A stretch of 64,000 nt of DNA from Gemmatimonadota bacterium (GTDB lineage Bacteria; Gemmatimonadota; Gemmatimonadetes; Palauibacterales; Palauibacteraceae), in the NCBI GenBank assembly GCA_039588275.1, contig JBDHAC010000018.1:1-64000 (forward strand), given 5' to 3'. This document shows, in pieces, positions 57,104 to 64,000 of this stretch. The position numbers and the translations under genes are program-made. Below the pieces are notes generated by a model. The model made no database searches. It had not been told where the DNA came from and worked only from the letters and a program-made list of their open reading frames with translations. The stretch's first letter is position 1; the number at the start of each line of letters is the position of its first letter.

Positions 57104-58555
57104 ATGACGTACAGCTACCCAGCCGCCGTTTCACGCTCCCGCTCGCACGCGCGGTCGACTCTTCTCGCATTGCTCGCCGGGCTGACCTCGGTCGCCTGCG
57201 CACCGGCCGATGGGGATCCGCCCGAGGGTGAAGCCGCCGCCTCGGAACGAGGACTCCCGGCGGCTGGCGCGGACGTGACCGCGTTCGTGGACGTCCACGT
57301 CATTCCAATGGACTCGGAGCGGATTCTCGAGAGCCAGACGGTGCTCGTGGAAGGCGAGCGGATCGCCGAGATCGGGCCGGCGGACGCGGTCGAGGCCCCC
57401 GCGGGCGCCACGGTGATCGAGGGCCGCGGGCGCTACCTGATTCCCGGTTTGGGCGAGATGCATGCGCACGTCCCGGCCGGGGGCGACGCGGCCGAGGAGG
57501 TGCTGTTCCTGTACCTTTCACAGGGGGTCACGACGGCCCGGGGCATGCTCGGGCAGCCCGAACACCTGGAGCTTCGCGAGCGGCTGGCACGGGGGGAGGT
57601 GATGGGTCCGCGACTGTACACATCCGGCCCCTCGATCAACGGCAACAGCATCCCGAGCGCAGACTCCGCGATACGGGCGGTTCGGCACCAGGCGCAGGCC
57701 GGCTACGACTTCCTCAAGATCCACCCGGGTCCGACTCGCGAGGTGTATGACGCGCTGGTCGAGACGGCTCAGGAGGTCGGGATCCCGTGGGCGGGGCATG
57801 TGCCGGCCGACGTCGGTCTGCATCGCGCGCTCGAGGCGCGGCAGGCATCCGTGGACCACCTGGACCAGTACATGGAAGCGATCGTGGCGGAGGGCACGGA
57901 CGTCACGAGCTCGCTGTTCTTCGGCGTAAACCTGGCCGGGTATGTCGAAGACTCCAGGATCGAGGAGATCGCCGCGCGGACGGCCGAGGCCGGCGTGTGG
58001 AACGTGCCCACGCAGAGCCTGATCGAGAACGTACTCCTGCCGGACGATCCCGCTGAGATGGCGGCCCGCCCGGAGATGCGGTACATGTCGCCGGAGACGG
58101 TGGCACGATGGGCGGAGCAGAAGACGGGGTTTCTGGAGAACGAGCTGTATTCCGCCGAGCTGGCGCAGCGGTTCGTGGAAGTGCGGCGTCAACTGATCAA
58201 GGCGCTGAGCGATGCGGGCGCACCGATGCTGCTCGGGTCGGATGCGCCTCAGATCTTCCAGGTGCCCGGCTTCTCGATGCTGCACGAGCTCCGGCTGATG
58301 GTCGCCTCCGGCTTGACTCCGTACGAGGCGCTGCGGGCCGGAACCTACAACGTGGCGCTTTATTTCGACGCGGTGGACGAGTTCGGGACCGTGGAGGAAG
58401 GCAAGGTAGCCGACCTCGTCCTGCTAAATGCGAATCCGTTCGACGACGTGGCCAACGTGGCGCGGCGGGGGGGCGTGATGGTCCGCGGACGCTGGCTGTC
58501 GGCAGACGCGATCGAGGAGCGATTGGAGGCGATCGCAGCATCGCACGGAAACTGA
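57104..58555 (+). CDS. Amidohydrolase-family lipoprotein
   Basis: Lipobox TSVAC; PGLGEMHAH, GVTTARGM, FLKIH, AGHVP, LGSDA, ADLVLLNANP. Confidence 0.9.
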   Translation: MTYSYPAAVSRSRSHARSTLLALLAGLTSVACAPADGDPPEGEAAASERGLPAAGADVTAFVDVHVIPMDSERILESQTVLVEGERIAEIGPADAVEAPAGATVIEGRGRYLIPGLGEMHAHVPAGGDAAEEVLFLYLSQGVTTARGMLGQPEHLELRERLARGEVMGPRLYTSGPSINGNSIPSADSAIRAVRHQAQAGYDFLKIHPGPTREVYDALVETAQEVGIPWAGHVPADVGLHRALEARQASVDHLDQYMEAIVAEGTDVTSSLFFGVNLAGYVEDSRIEEIAARTAEAGVWNVPTQSLIENVLLPDDPAEMAARPEMRYMSPETVARWAEQKTGFLENELYSAELAQRFVEVRRQLIKALSDAGAPMLLGSDAPQIFQVPGFSMLHELRLMVASGLTPYEALRAGTYNVALYFDAVDEFGTVEEGKVADLVLLNANPFDDVANVARRGGVMVRGRWLSADAIEERLEAIAASHGN

Positions 58556-58661
58556 CCGGCTGAGAATGGGAGGAGCGGCGCACCGCGGCTATGCGGGACA
58601 CGCCGCTCCGTCGTTCTGGTGGGGACGCCCTCCCGGGACGCCCCCGTGGGCTGGCAGTGTG

Positions 58662-59876
58662 TCAGACGCGGGTCTCGACTCGCCCCCGCGGCACCTCGAC
58701 GTCAAACCCGGGCACCTCGATCACCGGTAGCTCGATCGCCGGCATGTCGAAGTGCGGGATCCGGATCTCGGGGATCGAGATCGTCATGTCCTCCCTGTCG
58801 ATCCACTCGCCGTCTCCGATCTCGAAGTGCCACTCGAACGGCTCCATCTCGAAGCCTTCGATGTGGATCGGACCGACCTCAAACGCCGGCATCTCGAAGG
58901 GCTCGAGGTGAAAGCTCCAGTGCTCCCCTTCGTGGATGCCTCCGGATTCCCCTTCGTGATCGCCTTCCTGCTGTCGACGCCATTGCGATCGCTCCTCGAG
59001 CTCGACCGTCAGGGTGCGTTCCTGTCGGTCGCGCATGAGCAGGATCGTCGTGGGGCCCGCTTCCTGTTCACTCAAGATCTCGATGAGATCGCCGGGGCCG
59101 TCGACGGCTTCTCCCGCGACCTCGAGGATGACGTCGCCCGCCTGAATCCCCGCCACTTCCGCAGGCGAGTCCTCGACCACCGAAACGACCAGCGCGCCTT
59201 CCTCGACGCCGAAGTACTCGGCCAACTGCTCGCCCAGGTTCTGCACGCTCACTCCCAGCCGTCCGCGGCCGCCCATGAACGACCAGACCCGCGCGTCTCC
59301 AGGTCCCATGATCCGTACATCACCGGGCCCGATGACGTGTACCTCGCCGGGTGTGACGGCGCGGATCCGTTCACGGATATCCTCTCCGAGTCCGCGCAGC
59401 TCGGGGACGGTCGCGATCCGGAGGTTCCCCAACCGACCTGAGCTCTCTCCGAGCTCCACGGAGAGCTCTCGCTCGCTCCCGGCGCGGAAGATTCCGAGTC
59501 GCGCGGTCCTCCCGACGGGAGTCTCACGAACGAGGCGTTGGAGCTGAGCCGCACTCTCGACCCGCTCGCCGTTCCAACGAAGGATCACATCCCCGTCCTG
59601 CATCCCGGCGGACGCGGCCGGCCCATCCTCTACCACGCTCGCGACGTGTACGCCGTACTGGTCGGGAAGTCCGAGCTCCTCGACGAGCTCGTCGTTCACA
59701 TCCTCGATGCGTACACCCAGATAGGAGCCGCCACCCAGGACGCGCAGGGCACGCACCGCACGCTCCTGATCCGTCTCGCGCTCCTGCGCGGACGCCGTTC
59801 CGAACGTCGTGACCGTGGTCGTCAGCACGCCGACTGCCAGCGCCAGACCCAACGCTCCGATCACTCCTCGCTTCAT
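58662..59876 (-). CDS. Exported two-PDZ-domain protein without a protease domain
   Basis: GGAGG RBS; signal peptide; YLGV..GPAASAG..GDVI and RLGV..SPAEVAG..GDVI; no trypsin GNSGG motif. Confidence 0.85.
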   Translation of the reverse strand: MKRGVIGALGLALAVGVLTTTVTTFGTASAQERETDQERAVRALRVLGGGSYLGVRIEDVNDELVEELGLPDQYGVHVASVVEDGPAASAGMQDGDVILRWNGERVESAAQLQRLVRETPVGRTARLGIFRAGSERELSVELGESSGRLGNLRIATVPELRGLGEDIRERIRAVTPGEVHVIGPGDVRIMGPGDARVWSFMGGRGRLGVSVQNLGEQLAEYFGVEEGALVVSVVEDSPAEVAGIQAGDVILEVAGEAVDGPGDLIEILSEQEAGPTTILLMRDRQERTLTVELEERSQWRRQQEGDHEGESGGIHEGEHWSFHLEPFEMPAFEVGPIHIEGFEMEPFEWHFEIGDGEWIDREDMTISIPEIRIPHFDMPAIELPVIEVPGFDVEVPRGRVETRV

Positions 59877-59962
59877 GCTTTTCCTCCGGGGCCGTGTTCA
59901 ACCCGGGCGGCACCGGGCAGGACGTCCACCCTTAGCGCCCGCAAAGATCGCTCTTTCGCCCA

Positions 59963-59993
59963 TTTTGACCTTTACGGCCCTCGCAAGGTTGCC
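59963..59993 (-). promoter_or_regulatory. ECF (sigma-E-like) promoter upstream of the PDZ gene
   Basis: Minus strand GGCAACC-N16-GGTCAAAA. Confidence 0.45.
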
Positions 59994-60050
59994 CGTCCGG
60001 AGGGCGTCCCGGCAGGTCGTTTCGTACGCTGGGCTGGTCTTCGGCCCGCG

Positions 60051-60896
60051 CTACCGATTGGGGGTGAAGAATATCGGGATGCCACCCTCGGTCGGGGCGA
60101 TGACCATGTTGTTGGTGCCCTCTCCGATCTTCCCGAGCATCTCGAGGTAACGCCAGTACAGGTAGCGCTGCCCGGCGAGTCCCTCCAGGCTTGCCGCGAT
60201 GATGTCCTGCGCGTCGCGGATCCCCTCGGCCTCGGCCCGCTTCTGGTTGGCCTGCTCGACCACGACCTGCGTCTGGAACTGCGCGACCTGCACCTGCTGC
60301 TCACGCGCGAGCTTCTCCTCGATCGCGGCGCGGATCGTCTCCGGTGGCACCACCTCGCGCACGAAGAAGTCCGTGACCTCGATTCCACGCGGCTGGAGGC
60401 GCGCGGTCATTATCTGGTCGATCCGGTCCCCGATGCCGGCTCGTTCAGTGGACAGGATGTCGGTCGCGGTCATCTCCGCCATGGCATCGCGCGTGGAGGA
60501 CCGGTAGGTGTTGTAAACGAACGAGTGCACCTCGCCCGGCTCCCCCACCGTGAGGTACAGGTGCACCACGCTGTCCGGCATCAGCCGGTAGCGGAACGCG
60601 GCGTCGACCGCGATCTGGAGCTGGTCCGACGTGAGGGCCGTCAGGCGTTCGCTCTGTCCCTCCCGCGGATACTGGATCTCGCGTAAGGGATAGTTCGTCC
60701 AGGACCTGAGGATCGAGTGATACAGCCCCTGGGTGTACGGGCGACTCCCGACCGCACCGGTCAGCGGGTTTCGCTTCACCGCCACTTCGAATTCGTCGAC
60801 CCGGTTGAACCCGAACGCGAGCAGGATCATCACCAGTACGGCGGCGACCGCGGCCGCGATCGTGCTGAGGCGCAGCGATTTGATGTTATTCGACAT
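60051..60896 (-). CDS. SPFH/prohibitin (band 7) family protein
   Basis: N-terminal TM; ALTSDQL, AAIEEKL, EAEG, YLYWRYLE. Confidence 0.9.
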   Translation of the reverse strand: MSNNIKSLRLSTIAAAVAAVLVMILLAFGFNRVDEFEVAVKRNPLTGAVGSRPYTQGLYHSILRSWTNYPLREIQYPREGQSERLTALTSDQLQIAVDAAFRYRLMPDSVVHLYLTVGEPGEVHSFVYNTYRSSTRDAMAEMTATDILSTERAGIGDRIDQIMTARLQPRGIEVTDFFVREVVPPETIRAAIEEKLAREQQVQVAQFQTQVVVEQANQKRAEAEGIRDAQDIIAASLEGLAGQRYLYWRYLEMLGKIGEGTNNMVIAPTEGGIPIFFTPNR

Positions 60897-61315
60897 GGGC
60901 TCCCTCTCTCCTGATTTGCTGCCGGGCCACGCCGATCGGGCATCGCGGCCACGGCCCTCGGTCGTCGGATCGCGCGCCCGCCGGAGGCGGAGGCGACAGG
61001 GACCTCAACAACATAGCGCCTGGGGGAAGGCGGAGGGATTCGCGGACTCCAAATCGCGGTGGCGGAGCCGCACGAGGCTGCCCTCATGCGCGCAGGCTGG
61101 CGTCGCGGTTGCACCCTAGCCGGGGGATTGCGCGATGAGGCCCCGAACATGCCTCGAACCGACGAGCGCGCGCAATCTGATAGGATGCGCACTGCCAGCC
61201 GCTTACGGCTGTTGCTTAATGCTCTTTATAGCATGGGCGAGGGCTACCCGTTTCGGCAGAAAACGGGAGGCCTTCGCGAAACACCAGATCGCCCGCTTGG
61301 GCGCGAGGTTCGCCG

Positions 61316-63760
61316 ATGACATCGCGAAAGAAGTCCGGCTCACAACGCAAGCAGCAGCAGACCCCGCAGACGAGGTCGGAGGCTGACACGTCCGGCGGAT
61401 CCGGCTCCTCCTCCTTCGATCTCGAACCGACCCCCCAGAGCGATTCTCCCGAGATGTCCTCCGCGACCGAGCTGCTTCCGAGGCTACGGCGTCTGACGGA
61501 GATGCTGAAGCGGGGAGACACCGTGACGGACGTCCTGATCGCGACGGCTGAGGAACTTCGAGAATCGGCAGAGTGTCCGCTGGCCGTCGTCGTCGTCAAG
61601 GATCAGAAGACCGCTCCCACTGTCGCCGCGTGGCACACCCATGAGGAGAAGCGGTACGATGCCCTTCGCCACGCCACGAAGAAGGCGCTCGAGCCCGAGA
61701 AGGACTCGAGCGGACCGATCGCTCGGCTCCTCGCGGGCGACGTGGGCGAGATTGACGGGGCGATCGAGACGGAGCTCGACGAGGAGAGGGCGGCAGCCGC
61801 GAAGCAGGCGGGACTCAAGCACGTCTTCGCGTTTCCGGTGGACGCCGACGGGGTGGTGATCGCGGTCGTGGAGTTCCTCTTCGAGAGCGAAGGGCCGGTC
61901 CCGAGCGACCTCCTGCAAGCCGTCGAGCTGGTCCGCGCTCAACTCGACCTGTCCGCGAGCCGAGACCGTGGGCGGGCGGCAGTCGCGGGCGCGGCACACC
62001 ACGTCCGCCGTCTCACCGACCAGCTCAACGCGACGACGGAGCGCTTGCAGGGCTTCGAGGAGCGATACGCGCTTCTGTGTCGCGGAGCGAGCGCCGGCCT
62101 TTGGGATTGGGACCTCCGCCAGGATCGCATCTACTACTCGGCTCGCTGGAAGACGCTTCTGGGGTACGGGACCCAGGAGGTAGGTGACGAGCCCTCGGAG
62201 TGGTTCGATCGGATTCACCCGGATGACTCGGACCGGGTCGAGCTGGAGCTGCTGGAGCATCTGGACTGGCAGTCGCAGCGATTCGAAAGCGAGCACCGGG
62301 TCATGCACCGCGACGGCACGTATCGTTGGGTCGTCGCACGCGGGGTGGCCCTACACGACCAGGCCGGAAAAGCGTACCGGGTCGCCGGGTCCATGACCGA
62401 CGTGACGGACCTTCGCTCGAGGCATGACCGCACCGCCCGCGATCTCATGTACCATAGACTGACGGGCCTCCCCACCTATCCGGTGATGCTCGACAGAATC
62501 GACATGGCGATGCGCCGACGGGCGAGACGCCCTGATCGCGCCTTCGGAGTAGTGGCCCTGTCCCTGGACGGGTTCAGGGAAACCTCCGAGCGGGTGGGTG
62601 GCGAAGCCACCGACGAGCTGATGCTGGCCATCGCGCGCCGCGTCGCGAACGTGATTCGGCCGGGGGACACGCTGGCACACGCGGATGACCTGGACTTCGC
62701 CATTCTGTTCGACGAGGTGCAGGATCACGAGGACGCCGTCGAGGTCGGGCAACGGGTAGCGAGCAGCCTGTCGCAGCCGATCCCCCTCGGGGCAGAGAGC
62801 ATCGACTTGACCCCGGCGCTTGGACTGTGCCTCAGCCGGGCAAGCTACGAGACGGCGGAAGAGCTCCTTCGAGACGCGAACATCGCGCTGCGTCGCGCAC
62901 GGCGAAACGAGGTCGATGTCCAGGTCTTCGATGCTGCGACGAAGGCGTATGCGCAATCAATCGCCGAGCTCGAGGGAGACCTGACGCAGGCCATTCAGTC
63001 CCGATCGCTCTTCCTCGAGTACCAGCCCGTCGTCTCACTCGGAGATGGGCGCATCACGGGCGTGGAGGCTTTCATCCGGTGGAAGCACCCGGAGCGCGGG
63101 CTCATTCCACCCAACGAATTCCTACCCGTGGCCGAGGAAGCGGGTCTACTCGATGAGCTCGGGTACTGGATCACCGAACAGGCGTGTCGGCAGATGAAGG
63201 AGTGGGTCGATCGCCTGTCGCTGCGGTTCCCGCCCAACATCGCGGTGAACGTGACCGAAACGCAGCTGTTCGCCAAAGACTTCGTACCTCGCACGATCGC
63301 GAGCATCGAGGCGTCCGGTATCGATTTCAAGCTCGTTCGTTTCGACGTGAGCGAAGGCACCTTCATGAAAGACGGCCCGGCCGCCGGTAGGATCTTGAGA
63401 GCGCTCACACAGCGCGGTGTTCGGGTGGCAATCGATGATTTCGGTACCGGCTACTCATCGCTGAGCTATCTGCACCGCTATCCGATCGGAGCGCTCAAGA
63501 TCGATCGTTCCTTCGTGAGCGGCACCGCCGGTGCGAGCCACGACTGGGATGTGGCTCGCACCGTCATCGAGCTGGCGCGGATCCTGGAGCTCGAGGTGAT
63601 CGCCGAGGGCATCGAGACGCGTGAGCAGTTTGCACAGCTGCGAGCGTTGGGCTGCCAGCAGGCGCAGGGGTATTTCTTCTCGGGGCCTGTCGCCCCGGTG
63701 AAGGCGGGCAAGCTGATCCAGGATGGGTATCCACTGGATCTGGAGGCCTACACCGTCTAG
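61316..63760 (+). CDS. GAF-PAS-degenerate GGDEF-EAL protein, probable c-di-GMP phosphodiesterase
   Basis: PAS (GLWDWD, IHPDD, AGSMTDVT); GGDEF position reads DDLDF; YQP, EAFIRW, DDFGTGYSSL, LKIDRSF, AEGIE, QGY. Confidence 0.9.
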   Translation: MTSRKKSGSQRKQQQTPQTRSEADTSGGSGSSSFDLEPTPQSDSPEMSSATELLPRLRRLTEMLKRGDTVTDVLIATAEELRESAECPLAVVVVKDQKTAPTVAAWHTHEEKRYDALRHATKKALEPEKDSSGPIARLLAGDVGEIDGAIETELDEERAAAAKQAGLKHVFAFPVDADGVVIAVVEFLFESEGPVPSDLLQAVELVRAQLDLSASRDRGRAAVAGAAHHVRRLTDQLNATTERLQGFEERYALLCRGASAGLWDWDLRQDRIYYSARWKTLLGYGTQEVGDEPSEWFDRIHPDDSDRVELELLEHLDWQSQRFESEHRVMHRDGTYRWVVARGVALHDQAGKAYRVAGSMTDVTDLRSRHDRTARDLMYHRLTGLPTYPVMLDRIDMAMRRRARRPDRAFGVVALSLDGFRETSERVGGEATDELMLAIARRVANVIRPGDTLAHADDLDFAILFDEVQDHEDAVEVGQRVASSLSQPIPLGAESIDLTPALGLCLSRASYETAEELLRDANIALRRARRNEVDVQVFDAATKAYAQSIAELEGDLTQAIQSRSLFLEYQPVVSLGDGRITGVEAFIRWKHPERGLIPPNEFLPVAEEAGLLDELGYWITEQACRQMKEWVDRLSLRFPPNIAVNVTETQLFAKDFVPRTIASIEASGIDFKLVRFDVSEGTFMKDGPAAGRILRALTQRGVRVAIDDFGTGYSSLSYLHRYPIGALKIDRSFVSGTAGASHDWDVARTVIELARILELEVIAEGIETREQFAQLRALGCQQAQGYFFSGPVAPVKAGKLIQDGYPLDLEAYTV

Positions 63761-63770
63761 CAGGCCGTAG

Positions 63771-63802
63771 ACCGGGCCCGGTGCCGAGCGACCGGGCCCG
63801 GT
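63771..63802. terminator. Duplicated palindrome between convergent genes
   Basis: ACCGGGCCCGGT at 63771 and 63791. Confidence 0.6.
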
Positions 63803-63811
63803 TACCCGCCA

Positions 63812-64000
63812 TCAGCCCATGATGGGGGCGCCGAGAATGCGGCCCACGATCCCGGCCATCAGCCCATAGGCGATCCAGCCGAGCAATGCGGTCAGGACCG
63901 CTTTCCCCGTCGTGAAGTCCAGGGCCTGACGGATCGCGATGATCACCGCGATCAACATCCATATCCCGACCGCCAGCATGGCGAGCGGCCCGAGGAACGG
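63812..64000 (-). CDS. YIP1-family membrane protein, 3' part only
   Basis: Own translation: PFLGPLAMLAVGIWMLIAVIIAIRQALDFTTGKAVLTALLGW..IMG-stop; truncated by the window edge. Confidence 0.75.
   Translation of the reverse strand, partial: PFLGPLAMLAVGIWMLIAVIIAIRQALDFTTGKAVLTALLGWIAYGLMAGIVGRILGAPIMG

Overview
A GC-rich, gene-dense bacterial chromosomal window with about 47 CDS. I saw no rRNA, tRNA, CRISPR array, transposase or prophage. Gene style (exported amidohydrolases, TPR lipoproteins, OM beta-barrels, sigma-54 loci) suggests a diderm, plausibly Gemmatimonadota; this is inference only. Main points: (1) A divergent light-response locus at 7.3-13.3 kb. CarH/LitR-type B12 photoreceptor, class II photolyase and DUF523-DUF1722 desulfidase face one way; fasciclin and a YbjT-like SDR face the other. 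Two back-to-back TTGACA-N17 promoters lie between them, with 11-bp-spaced TnnACA repeats, and there are no carotenoid genes. (2) A candidate uncharacterised synthase-dependent exopolysaccharide operon at 28.1-36.3 kb behind a sigma-54 promoter: double-receiver protein, HEAT-repeat membrane protein, processive GT2, TPR-glycoside hydrolase, TPR-OM barrel. Its first and last genes each carry an apparent internal deletion plus frameshift. (3) A sigma-54 activator with a degenerate receiver, followed by a complete enhancer/AT-rich/-24/-12 promoter driving a lipoprotein and a TPR protein. (4) A possible unannotated 45-aa protein with its own sigma-54 promoter. The rest includes a GMC dehydrogenase pair, Lhr, EgtB, an antiporter, a radical SAM protein, a PDZ-only protein, an SPFH protein and a degenerate-GGDEF/EAL protein. 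Family calls come from motifs recognised by eye; no searches were run, and start codons are best estimates.
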